From: Octopus sinensis
Lineage: Eukaryota
Length of the DNA stretch: 64,000 bases
Direction: 5' to 3'
Assembly: GCF_006345805.1 (NCBI RefSeq)
Contig: NC_043011.1
Span: 34,918,464 to 34,982,463 of the forward strand
Position 1 is the first letter of the stretch. Every line of letters starts with the position of its first letter. Shown one piece after another: positions 15,301 through 27,344 of this stretch. The notes beneath the pieces were generated by a model that worked only from the letters and a program-made list of their open reading frames with translations, ran no database searches and was not told where the DNA came from. Both the position numbers and the translations under genes were made by a program.

Positions 15301-15679
15301 GAATGATAAATATCATCATCATCATCATCCACATCATTTTAATGTCCACTTTTTCCATGCTTGCATGGGTCGGACAGAATTTGTTGAGACAGTTTTTCTA
15401 CAGCTGGATGCTTTTCCTGTTGCCACATTCAACTATTTCCAAGTAAGGTGACATTTTCCCCTGATTGAATATGTTTTCATGGAAAACTGAAAACAAATGA
15501 CATTGCTTGTATGATTGTGTCACTCATTTACAACTAGCATGTGACATCCTCAAGATGAAGAGGCACACACACATACACACACATACTTATCATATATGCA
15601 TACATATATGTGAACATGTCTAGATATGCAACTATATGCTTGAGAATACATACATAAAACATACAAATCTGCTCATACA

Positions 15680-16095
15680 TACAAAAATACTTTGCTGTTG
15701 CTGTTGAAATTCCAATGAAGGAGCCTTGGATTTAGGTTAGAAACCAATTCTTTCTCTATTGGCAAGAAATCTTGAAATAAACTAACTAATGACATACATG
15801 CAAGCATGCATGCATATATACATACATACATATATACATACATACATACATACATACATACATACATACATACATACATACATGCATACATACATACATA
15901 CATACATGCATACATACATACATACATACATACATACATACATACAACATACATACATACATACATACATATATACATACATACATACATACATACAAAA
16001 ATACCCCGTTGATGTTGTTAAAATTCCAGTGAAGGAGCTTTGGATCTAGGTTTGAAATTGGCTCTTTCTCTAATGGCAAATCTTGAAATAAAACT
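15680..16095. repeat. Diverged ~105-bp direct repeats flanking a (TACA)n array
   Basis: caaaaatac...gaaggagc.ttggat.taggtt.gaaa...tcttgaaataaa at ~15680-15785 and ~15993-16095. Confidence 0.8.
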
Positions 16096-16649
16096 GAATA
16101 ATGATATGCCTATATACATACATATACGATGGGCTTCTTTCAGTTTCCATCTATCAAATCCACTCACAATGCTTTGGTCAGCTCAGGCCAATAGTAAAAG
16201 ATACATGCATACATGCCCAGAGTGCCTCAAAATGAGACTGAACTTGAAACCCTATGGTTGGAAAGTGAAAGTCTTGACTGCACAGCTATGCCTGCAATCA
16301 TATGAAGTATGTAACACAATTGCAGACATGTTTCAGAGTTATTGGAGCTCTTCAGCAAACCATACTTTATCTGTTACTGCCGATATTATATGACAAGAGA
16401 TGTAGTATATAGGATTTTTGTTAATGAACATAAAGTAGCATTATAAATTAGAAGAAAAACTGAAAAAAATAAGTACCGAGGGACCACAGCTGCAGGAAAA
16501 CCTAATAGTAAAGTTATAACCATCATAAATAGATGCAATAAGATAGGAAATTTTATTTAAGAATGGGAATGGACATTTTTCACAACTTTTTGCAAAAAAT
16601 GAAAGCAACAGATTTCAACAAATTTGCCAGGTTCTTTCATTATTTTGTT

Positions 16650-16693
<44 letters not shown>

Positions 16694-17212
16694 TTAATGT
16701 CTGTCTTCTATGCAGGCATGGATAGGACAGCTGACAGGAGGCGGCCAGGTAGAAGACTACTCCCAGGTTACTGTGTCTGTTTTGGCAGCGTTTTTTTTAT
16801 GCCCTTCCTAACACCAAACACTCCGCATAGTGGAGAGAGTGTTTTTTACATGGCACCAGCACAGGCGAGGTCAGCTTTGGCATGGTTTTTTTCAGCTGGA
16901 TGCTCTTCCAAATGCTAACCACTTTACAGTGTTAGTTGCTTATATTCAATTTATTTCTAAAAACGATGAAGAACACCAATATTATATTATCATCATTTTC
17001 ATTGTTTTTTTTTATGTCCACTTTTCCATGTTTGTATGGATACAGAGGGGCTGGTACAGGACCGCCAGTGATGGAGAACACTAGTGGACTTGGCTGGCTC
17101 TACACATGATGACACTTCTGTGACCACTAACTTGGAATGAACCCGACTCCATCAAGCAAGAGAATGAAGCCAGCCAAGCATGGGTTTGATGAAATTTGTT
17201 AGGATACAGTTT

Positions 17213-17528
17213 TTACAAATGCATGCACTTCTTGTTGCCAACCCTCACGTGTTTCCAAACATGGTAATAATTTCCAATAATGAGACATGTTTTCACAGAA
17301 GACCAGAAATGAAGGGCAATGCATGCATGATGGTGCTACTCTTTGACAAAATATCAAACAACGTGAAGGTAAGGTGGCAGTTTGATATTTGTTAATGAGT
17401 AACACCATTATGCATGCATTGCCCTCCATTTCCAGCAGTCTTCTGTGAAAACATGTTGCGTTATGGGAAATTAATACTATGTTCGGAAACATGTGGGGGT
17501 TGGCAACAGGAAGTGCATACAGTTGTAA
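17213..17528. repeat. Foldback: ~148-bp imperfect inverted repeat with a 20-nt loop
   Basis: 17213-17359 is the reverse complement of 17380-17528, roughly 80-85% identical by eye. Confidence 0.9.
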
Positions 17529-17547
17529 CATGCATGCACTCACAAGC

Positions 17548-17770
17548 CGGCAGAAACGTTAGCACGCCAGACGAAATGCTTAGCAGTATTTCGTCTGCCA
17601 TTACGTTCTGAGTTCAAATTCTGCCGAGGTTGACTTTGCCTTTCATTCTTTCAGGGTCGATAAATTAAGTACCAGTTACATACTGGGATCGATGTAATCG
17701 ACTTAATCCCTTTGTTTGTCCTTGTTTGTCTCCTCTATGTTTAGCCCCTTGTGGGCAATAAAGAAATAAG
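17548..17770 (+). mobile_element. SINE family B, near full length
   Basis: ggcagaaacgttagcacgcc...gagttcaaattc (B-box-like)...gggtcgataaattaagtaccag; same tail as the copy at 51961-52173. Confidence 0.85.
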
Positions 17771-17789
17771 ATACATATATCAAAAAAGT

Positions 17790-18045
17790 AAAGGTAAAGG
17801 TTACCTTCTTGAGTCACACCAACCCACGAGGGTCACTTTCTCAATTTCCGTGGCATATATATTCTCCCACCTGGACGGAACACTGGTCAGTCACAAGATT
17901 ACTCATTTTTGCCAGCTGAGTGGACTGGAGCAATGTGAAATGAAGTGTTTTGCTCAAGAACACAACGCATTGCCCAGTCCTGGAATTGAGACCACAATCT
18001 TACAATCATGAGTCCAACACCCTAACCACTAAACCACATGCCTCC
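17790..18045 (-). mobile_element. tRNA-derived SINE family C (ttgagcaaaacacttcatttcacattgctccag core)
   Basis: Minus strand has A-box tagtggttagg and B-box gtctcaattcc; related copies at ~23760-23880, 26385-26520, 40580-40835, 41890-42140, 42760-42975 and 43640-43985. Confidence 0.75.
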
Positions 18046-18194
18046 ACAGATACATATATTGGGATGTTGTGATTTCTTTCTTTTAACACTTTGGTTGTCA
18101 TACTTCTCTTGACATACACTGGTTGTACATCTGAAGGAGGAAAGGTCTGGAAAAAAGGAAAAGAAACAGTCTGAATAAAGCACATGAATATATT

Positions 18195-18398
18195 TGAAAT
18201 GTGACAGCGTGTGTACCGTTGGCGATTTTTTTCCTCTGTCTTCCCTTCTCTGGATCTTTCCTTCTCCTATGTTTCCAACGAAGAGCTCTGCTCGAAACGT
18301 TAAACCCTCCTTCTTTCCTTCTTTCCTGAGCGTCCAATAACTATATTTGTTCCACATCCTCGCGTTGTTGTGTTTTTTTGTGCTTTCATGTTTGGATT

Positions 18399-18401
<3 letters not shown>
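18195..18401 (+). mobile_element. Short Penelope-type terminal element with a degenerate minimal hammerhead motif, abutting (TA)n
   Basis: gttt-CCAACGA-a-gagc.tct.gctc-GAAA-c-GTT-aaac at 18271-18305; homologous to 22212-22350 (minus strand). Confidence 0.6.
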
Positions 18402-18435
<34 letters not shown>

Positions 18436-18482
18436 CACACACATACACACACACACACACACACAACACACACACACACACA

Positions 18483-18513
<31 letters not shown>

Positions 18514-19081
18514 TACACATGAAGGGCTTCTTTCAATTTCCCCCCAACAAAACCCGCACACAAGGCTATGGTCAGACTAAAGCTGTATTAGGAAACACCC
18601 GACCAAGGTGCCACACAGTGAGATTGAACCCGGAACCATGTGGTTGGGAAGCAAACATCTTAACAACACAGCTGTGCCAAGACCTGAACATATATCTTTT
18701 ATAAATATATAGAATGTATTTTCATTCGCCTCGAGAGTAAAAATTATTTTGTAAGAGGAACAAATAAGTGTAGGTTTTATTAAAATAAAGAATTGTTGTT
18801 AAGCCCCAGGCTGACCCTGACACAGCAGAGACTATGATCAAAAGCAGTCCATTTTTGAACAACATGTCTTTTGTGTATATCAGAAACTACATTGCCTTAT
18901 GTATCCTTCAGTATTTAAGACAGTTGGTTATTATTAAAATAAGAAGGAATTTAGTATATCTTTGACTTTATTAAGTTGGTGCCTGGAACATAAATCAACA
19001 TGGAATTTTGATACAAGGTTTTGATTTAAATTGCATTAAAACAAAAAGTGTTTCACCGAACCAAGGGCATTTTCAGGCTGG

Positions 19082-19365
19082 TTGGTATCAAAAGGATTGA
19101 TGCAAACTGTCAAATTTAGCCCAAACAGTCTGTATTCTTTTATTTGTTTCAGTCATTTGACTGCAGCCATGCTGGAGCACTGCCTTTAGGATTTTTTTTA
19201 GTCAAACAAATCAACCCCAGGACTTGGTATCAAAAGGATTGATGCAAACTGTCAAATTTAGCCCAAACAGTCTGTATTCTTTTATTTGTTTCAGTCATTT
19301 GACTGTAGCCATGCTGGAGCACTGCCTTTAGGATTTTTTTTAGTCAAACAAATCAACCCCAGGAC
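19082..19365. repeat. 142-bp tandem duplication (one mismatch)
   Basis: 19082-19223 and 19224-19365 differ only at gactgCagcc versus gactgTagcc. Confidence 0.95.
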
Positions 19366-19994
19366 TTATCCTTTAAGCCTAGTACTTATTCTGTTGGTCT
19401 CTGTTGCCAAACTGCTAAGTAGTAGAGACATAAACACCACAACACTGGTTGTCAAGCGGAGATGAGACACACACACACACACACACAAATTTATATATAT
19501 GATGGGCTTCTTTCCATTTCCATCTGCCAAATCCACTCACAAGGCTTTGGTCAGCCTGAAGCTGTAGTAGAAGGCATTTGCCCGGGTGCCATGCATTGGA
19601 ACTGAACCTAAAACCATGTGGTTGAGAAGCAAGCTTCTTGCCACACAGCCACACTTACACCAATATTGGTATTAAGCATGTATACTGTGTTGGACAAGAA
19701 TATAGATTGACTAATCTAATCAGAAGCCTAATAGCACTAAGTGCTTAATAAATAATTAATAACAAATTAGAATATTTACCGAATCAGGAGATAACCTGGC
19801 ATTAAATAAGTATTGCTTCATATAATTGTCTTATGCAATTTTTCTGATTTGTTTAATTGTTCTATAATTAACGCATATTCATAAATATAAAGATGGTTAT
19901 TGATAAATACATGATAAAGAATTAATGTTGCTGTACTAAATATTTTAATTTACTGGTAACTATGTAGAGTCCATACTTTGTGGTATTATACCTT

Positions 19995-20535
19995 ATCATC
20001 ATCATCATCATCATCGTTTAACGTCTGCTTTCCATGCTGGCATGGGTTGGATGGTTTGACTGAGGACTGGCAAGCCAGAGGGTGTACCAGGCTCCAGTCT
20101 GATCTGGCAATGTTTTTACAGCTAGATGCCTTTCCTAATGCCAACCACTCCAAGAGTGTAGTAGTGCTTTTTACGTGCCACCAGCACAAGGGCCAGTCAG
20201 GCAGTACAGGCATCGACTATACTCAAATGGTGCTTTTTACATGCTACCAGCATGGGAGCCAGTCAGGTAGTACACACACACATACACACGTTGCTATTAT
20301 GTTAAACTGTCGTATGTCCAAATTTGGCCAAATGTGTTTTTTTTTTTTTTCAATATTTATTTTTGCTTGCAATAGCTGGTTCTTTTGGTCAAACTATAGT
20401 ATCTCCAGCTGCTTCCAATGCCAAGATATCAAAAATTGTCAAAGTATAGTACAACAATTTTGCTATGGAATGACGAAGCTATTTTTTCGTTTTCTGAAAA
20501 AGCAACGATTTGGACTTGCATAATAACAATAATAT

Positions 20536-20588
<53 letters not shown>

Positions 20589-21477
20589 TCATCATCATCA
20601 TCATCATCATCGTTTAACGTCCGTTTTCTGTGCTAGCACGGGTTGGACGGTTCAACCAGGGTCTGGAAAGCCAGGAGGCTGCACCAGGCTCCAGTCTGAT
20701 CTGACAGTGTTTCTACAGCTGGATGCCCTTTCTAACGCCAACCATTCCGTGAGTGTAGTGGGTGCTTTTTACGTGCCACCGGCACAGGTTCTAGGAGAGT
20801 CTGGCAGCGGCCACGATCGGTTGGTGCTTTTAACCTGCCACCGGCACAGAAGCCAGTCAAGGCGGCCCTGGCATCGGACCACATTCAGATGCTGCTTTTT
20901 ACGTGCCACTGGCACAGAAGCCAGTCAAGCCAGTCAATGTTTTTATCTTTCATTGTTTATCTTTTTCTTGTTTCCCTCATTGGTCTGTGTCCATGCTGGG
21001 GCACTGCCTCGAAAGGTTTATTTGAACAAACAGGACCCTCTTTTCATTTTATTAAAGCTTGGTACTTATCCTGCTGGTCTCTTTTGTCAAACAACTAAGT
21101 TACAGGGATGTAAACAAACCAACACTGGTTGTCAAGTGCTGGTATGGGACAAACACTTACACAAAGACAAACACACATATATACACACATACTTATACAT
21201 ATACATTCATATGTGTGTGTGTGCATGCGTTTACACAATGGGCGTCTTTTAGTTTCTATCTACCAAATTTACTCACAAGGCTTTGCTCAGCTTGAGGCTT
21301 ATAGTAGAAGGCCCTTGCCTAAGGTACCTTGCAGCAAGACTGAACCTGGAACTGTGCTGGTACTGTGCCTAGTACTTATTCTATCGGTCTCTTTTGCCGA
21401 ACCGCTAAGTTACAGGGATGTAAACACACCAGCATCGGTTGTCAAACGATGTTGGGGGGACAAACACAGACATACAA

Positions 21478-21515
<38 letters not shown>

Positions 21516-22124
21516 CACACAGTATATCTTTATTATCATCATCATTTAAAATACATTTTCCATACTGGCATGATATATATTTATATATTTATATCATCAT
21601 CATTTAACGTCCGTTCTCCATGCTAGCATGGGTTGGACGGTTCGACCGGGGATCTGGGAAGCCAGAAGGCTGCAGCAGGCTCCAGTCTTATCTGGCAATG
21701 TTTCTACAGCTGGATGCCCTTCCTAACACCAACCACTCCGTGAGTGTAGTGGGTGCTTTTTACATCCCACCTGCAAAGGTGCCAGGCGAGGCTGGCAACG
21801 GCCACGGTCAGATTGGTGTATTTTATGTGCCACCGGCACGGAAGCCAGTCGAGGCGGCACTGGCATCGGCCACGAGTCGGATAGTGCTTTTTACGTACCA
21901 CCAGACCAGGGATCCTGGCTGGTTCAATTCGATTTCGATTTCACTTGCCCCAACATGTCTTCGCAAGCAAAGGGGGTTGGCATGGGTGCCTGTCGTACGG
22001 TTGGATTGGTGTATTTTACGTGCCACCGGCACGGAAGCCAGTGGAGGTGGCACTGGCATTGGCCACGAGTCAGATAGTGCTTTTTACGTACCACCAGACC
22101 AGGGATCCTGGCTGGTTCAGTTCG

Positions 22125-22125
<1 letters not shown>
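19995..22125 (-). mobile_element. Cluster of SINE-like family D copies ((GAT)n tail on minus strand, ~60-bp internal subrepeats) interleaved with family A pieces
   Basis: (cat)n-cgtttaacgtccg..tccatgctagcatgggttggacgg...ctggatgcccttcctaacgccaacca at ~20015, 20610 and 21600; also at ~16690, 41000, 41555, 45895 and 46940. Confidence 0.75.
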
Positions 22126-22214
<89 letters not shown>

Positions 22215-22302
22215 TAATCCAAACATGAATACACAAAGAGAAAACACAACATGGAACAAATATAGTATTATTGGACACTCAGGAAGGAAGGGAAGAAGGA
22301 GG

Positions 22303-22337
22303 GTTTTACATTTCGAGCGGAGCTCTTCGTCAGAAAC
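22303..22337 (-). ncRNA. Minimal type-I hammerhead ribozyme motif (Penelope-like element type)
   Basis: Minus strand GUUU-CUGACGA-A-GAGC-ucc-GCUC-GAAA-U-GUA-AAAC: intact catalytic boxes, stem I GUUU/AAAC, 4-bp stem II and loopless stem III. Confidence 0.6.
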
Positions 22338-22809
22338 ATAGGAAAAGGAATATGTATATATATATATATATGTATGTATATATAAATGTAATTTAGATCT
22401 AGTTGAATTAGGTACTTAAATTGAGGTACCTTGTTAGGACAAACTTATTTGCACACTCAGACAATCAGACAATATTAGGTGAGTTTCAAACTCTACGTAC
22501 AATATTTTCCACCTGATATTCATGTAGTGTATGCAGATGGCACACTCCAACTTAGTGAATAAAATCCGCTCTTGTTTGTTCAGACATGTGCTTTATATAA
22601 AGATACTTTCCAAATACTTCTGAAGTGCAGATTCCAGGGTAGATGAGTAAAATATAAATGAGTAACAAAAGTGTCAATTCATTATCACCAATCAATGAAA
22701 GCATTACATCATTACAAAGAAAACCCCGCCCTCATCAGAGAATCAAAATAAGTTTTATTAGCTTTATTTTATGTATATATGTCTGGATCTATATATCCCT
22801 TTTACAGTT

Positions 22810-23205
22810 TATACTCTTTTACTCTTTAACTTGTTTCAGTCATTTGACTGTGGCCATGCTGGAGCAGTACCTTTAGTCAAGGAAATCAACCCCAGGACTT
22901 ATTCTTTGTAAGCCTAGTAATTATTCTATCAGTCTCTTTTGCCAAACCGCTAAGTTACAGGGATGTAAACACACCAGCATCGGTTGTCAAGCGATGTTGG
23001 GGGGACAAACACAGATACACAAACACACACACACACACACATATATATACATATATACGACGGGCTTCTTTCAGTTTCCATCTACCAAATCCACTCACAA
23101 GGCTTTGGTTGGATTGAGGCTATAATAGAAGACACGCAGTGTGACTGAACCCAGAACCATGTGGTTGGTAAGCAAGCTACTTACCACACAGCCACTCCTG
23201 CGCCT
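22810..23205 (-). mobile_element. SINE family A, full length
   Basis: Reverse complement of the 29283-29700 element, with internal (CA)n(TA)n. Confidence 0.9.
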
Positions 23206-23894
23206 ATTATATATATATATATTAGGGTATCTAAGAGATACCACCATGCTTGAAATAGCAGCCAAAACTTGACTCTAAAACCACATTAAAACTTCATACA
23301 GCACCAGGAGAGAAGACAAAAAGACAAAATAGACTAGCAAAAAAATTACTGGATAATTCCAGATCCTAGATTTCTGGCTCTGCATAACCCTTTCCACTAT
23401 AGGCACAAGGCCTGAAATTTGGGGGAGGAGAATGGTTGATTACGTCGACCCCAGTACTCAACTGGAACTTAATTTATCGACTCTGAAGGGACGGAAAGCA
23501 AAGTTGACCTCAACGGAATTTGAACTCAGAACATAGTGACATAGTGGCATGCTAACAATTCTGCCAGACCGCCACCTTATCTTTCTGATGTAATGACAAG
23601 GAACTGAGAGTTGTGGAGGTTTGCTGTACTTGAGAAGATGCTAAGTATAATCAAGCTAAGTAAAATCTATTTCTTGCTCAACAACCTGCACAAATGATTT
23701 TGTTATACTGATCAAATCGACATTACCTGCACAGGTGTACAGTGAGCCACATGTCAGATGTTGAAGTGATTACAAAGCGATGTGAACACAAGAACACAAT
23801 GCACCACCTTGTCCAGGGATTGAAACCATGATCTTGCAATTATGAGTGCAATACCTAACCACTAGGCCAGGTTCCCTCACAAAGAAGAATAGAT

Positions 23895-24085
23895 ACCATT
23901 TTTTTTCTATAAGAAGAGAATAAGGATATTGCAAAATTTAAATAAGGAAAATGAACTTTGTAATGGAACAAGAATTCCAGTAACCTATTTGCATGAACAT
24001 ACGATTAAAGGTAAAATTGTTGCAGAAGGTGAACATTATGAAGTAAATGGTATTGTGCCAAGAATTAAACTGAATGAGATCTTCC
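23895..24085 (+). mobile_element. Helitron PIF1-like helicase fragment
   Basis: RILQNLNKENELCNGTRIPVTYLHEHTIKGKIVAEG...IVPRIKL. Confidence 0.8.
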
Positions 24086-24239
24086 AACATCACTCTCTGC
24101 CATTCCTAAGACTTCTCTCATTTGGTCAGTTACTACAAATCACATGGAAAAGTCTGCCTGCCGGAGATTTATTGTAAACCATTTTCCCAGAGCACTTAGC
24201 TTGGCGTGATGTATAGACAAATATATAAATAAATAAATG

Positions 24240-24260
24240 AAAGAGAGCAAGGAGAGGGAG

Positions 24261-24301
<41 letters not shown>

Positions 24302-24675
24302 TGAATGATGAATAGAGAGACAGAAAGAGAGAGAGAGACAGAGAGAGAAAGCGAATGATGAATAGAGAGACAGAAAGAGAGAGAGAGAGAGACGCAGACA
24401 AAGAAGGAGGCATACAGTGATGGAGATGGAGAGAAAGAGAGTAAGAGAGAGACAGACACAGACAGAGAAAGAGATAGAGACATACACAGACAGAAAAAGA
24501 GATAGAGAGAGACAGAAGCAAAGAGAGAGAGAGCAAATGAGAAATAGAGACAGAAAGAGAACAAGATAGAGAGAGACACACACAAGTACAAACAAAGAGG
24601 GAGATACATAGGGAAAGAATGTGAGAGAGAGAAAGATACATACCCATATGCAGAGAGAGAGAGAGAGAGAGAGCA
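24240..24675. repeat. (GA)n/(GACA)n polypurine tract
   Basis: Direct inspection. Confidence 0.9.
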
Positions 24676-26544
24676 AACATGGATTATCTATTGGAAAAAG
24701 TATTTGTCACTTTGCTATTACAGCTTCCAGGACAAGGTGGCTTTGCAATAATAGCCCATAAATCTTAATGTCAGCCATTTAGGTAAAATAGGTCTCTTCT
24801 ACTCAACTGATTTATTTGTGTATAGGCAATAGCACACAGTTCTGTCACAAACCACACAGAGTACCAAAAGTGTAGTGACAGTATGTGAGTGTGTTTTAAA
24901 AAAGAAGCCATTAATGTTGTGTAGTTAAACAGTGTTAAAACTTTTCTATTTAAGTTTTCTATTTAATCTTCATATCATCTGGGTACTTAATTCAGATAGA
25001 TTTATATAGAATACAGATTAGACTGCATCTAATGATGTAATGTAATTGGCATATACAATAAATGCTCGGGCTGGTTCACTACTAAAACTTCGACTTCAAC
25101 CGTGACTGGAGCAAAATTAGTTTTGTAGATGGCTAACAATGAATGGCTATAAATGGTTCATCAATGAGTAGGTAGATATTATCATCATCATCATCAGCTT
25201 GTTATAGCCCCAGGCTGACCAATGCTGTGTGGGTGAATTAGGTAGACAGAAACCATGTGGTAGCCCATCGTATATGTGTGTGTGTGTTGGTGCACATGTG
25301 TATGTGTGTGTGTGTCTTTGCGCTAGTGTTTGTCCCTTACCACCACTTGACAAGCAGTGTTGGTTTATTTACATTCCAGTAGCTTAGTGCTTCAGCAATA
25401 GAGACTGATAAGATAAGTACCAAACTTAAAATATGTGCTGGGATCAATTTGTTCGACCAAATCCTTCAAACTGGTGCTCCAGCAAGGCCACAGTCTAATA
25501 ACTGAAACAAGCAAAAGGCAAAAAAGGTGCAGATTAAAATCAACAACAGCATCAATAGGAGATCGTTTTGCTTGGTCTGTGAAGATTGCAATGGGTACCC
25601 AATGGGTTACTGAAAGACTTTGATTTACCATTTTACATTCATTCTGTAACAAGTGGTCATGCTGGATACTTAGTTTTCTCTCTTGACATTCCGCGTCCCC
25701 TTCTCAGCACTTCACGTTGAATTCCCTTCGTATTTTCTTACAAGAAAAGAAACAAGTCACTCAAAGGGCTCCAATAAATATACGAGTTTATTCCGGTACA
25801 GAACATGACTCAAACATCCTAGAGAGATTTTACAAGGGTTACAAGAAATGTAATAACAGATGTGTTTCCAAACATGCCATATCGTTCTCCTAGTAATTAA
25901 CAATAGGGTTTTCTTCAGGTAAAATTTTTAAAAAAGGGAACTTGAGGAAATGGCCCTTAAAAATAATCATCCATTTGAGATGGGCTAATCGTTCTAATAG
26001 ATAACGTGTTGAAGGCACACGTGTAGCATAAATCCTGAGAGAGTCACACACACGTCTGATGATGCTGCTTGTCAATCACCAACTGATTCCCTTTTTGACG
26101 TGCAACTAATGCTAATGGCTGAAAAGACACCACCTATAGGGATAGCCTATAAACACTTAGCTGCCAAGGGAGGTTACCCAACTGTGTTGTATACGGATGG
26201 ATGAAAGTGCAACTATCACTTAACCATCTGTGCTACAATTCCATACAACTTCAAATTCATGGAAAATCCAATCTTGGCATCAGAATTCAGTTTTGCTCTC
26301 CTTTCAGCAACATGAGGCAGAAAGTCCACCTAACCATGCTTCTCTCAATTCTGTGTTGCATATGAATGGGACTCAGAACATAAGTGGAGGTGCATGGCAT
26401 AGTGGTTAGGGTGTTTGATTCATGATTGCAAGATTGTGGTTTCGATTCCTAGGCCAGACAATGTCTTGTGTTCATGAGCAAAACACTTCATTTCATGTTG
26501 GTAATAATCAGTAATCCAGCAAAGGACCTGTGTTCTGTCTAGGG

Positions 26545-26625
26545 AGAGAAACCACAAAGCCAACCAGAGAAACCGCAAGGCCAGCCAGAGAAACCGCAAG
26601 GCCAGCCAGAGAAACCAGGAAGCCA
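26545..26625. repeat. 21-bp minisatellite (~4 units, gccagccagagaaaccgcaag)
   Basis: Direct inspection. Confidence 0.85.
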
Positions 26626-27149
26626 GCCTTATGCTCTTTACAGAGTAATGTGAACTAACCATATTAATGGTAAATCATTTTGCAAACGACCACTAAATAT
26701 ACAATCAATAGCTTCATATGTGTGTTTCAATATTTGTTCTTTGTTCCAACAAATAAAACTGCAATCTCAAATTATTTTTGCTAATTTATTTTTATATCAA
26801 TGCACTGAACGAATTTCAAAGGAAACTGAAATGTGGAAAGATGAATGAGATTGAAAGTATATATCCATAATAATAATAATGATAATGATGATGATGATGA
26901 TGATGACGACACCGATGACGACAATGATGACGATGGTAATGGCTTCAAATTTTGCCACAAGGCAGCAATTTTAGGGGAGATGAGTCAATTACATCGATCC
27001 CAGTGTTCAACTGGTACTTATTTTATCGGGCCCCGAAACAATGATAGGCAAAGTCAACCTCAAGTAGAATTTGAACTCAGAATATGAAGACAGATGAAAT
27101 GCCAATAAGCATTTTGCCTGGCATACTAACAATCTTACCTGCTCACTAT

Positions 27150-27181
27150 CTTGATGATGATGATAATGATGATGGTGGTGG

Positions 27182-27219
<38 letters not shown>

Positions 27220-27260
27220 GATGATGATGATTGATGATGATGATGATGATGATGATGATG

Positions 27261-27300
<40 letters not shown>
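27150..27300. repeat. (GAT)n microsatellite
   Basis: Direct inspection. Confidence 0.95.
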
Positions 27301-27304
<4 letters not shown>

Positions 27305-27344
27305 GAGGAGGATAAATGAAGGAGAAGGTATACAACATGCCACT

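Noticed and set aside
20707-22228. Recurrent ORFs MFLQLDALPNANHS... and ILSVSFAEPLSY...
   Set aside because: Chance read-throughs of high-copy SINE families, not genes.
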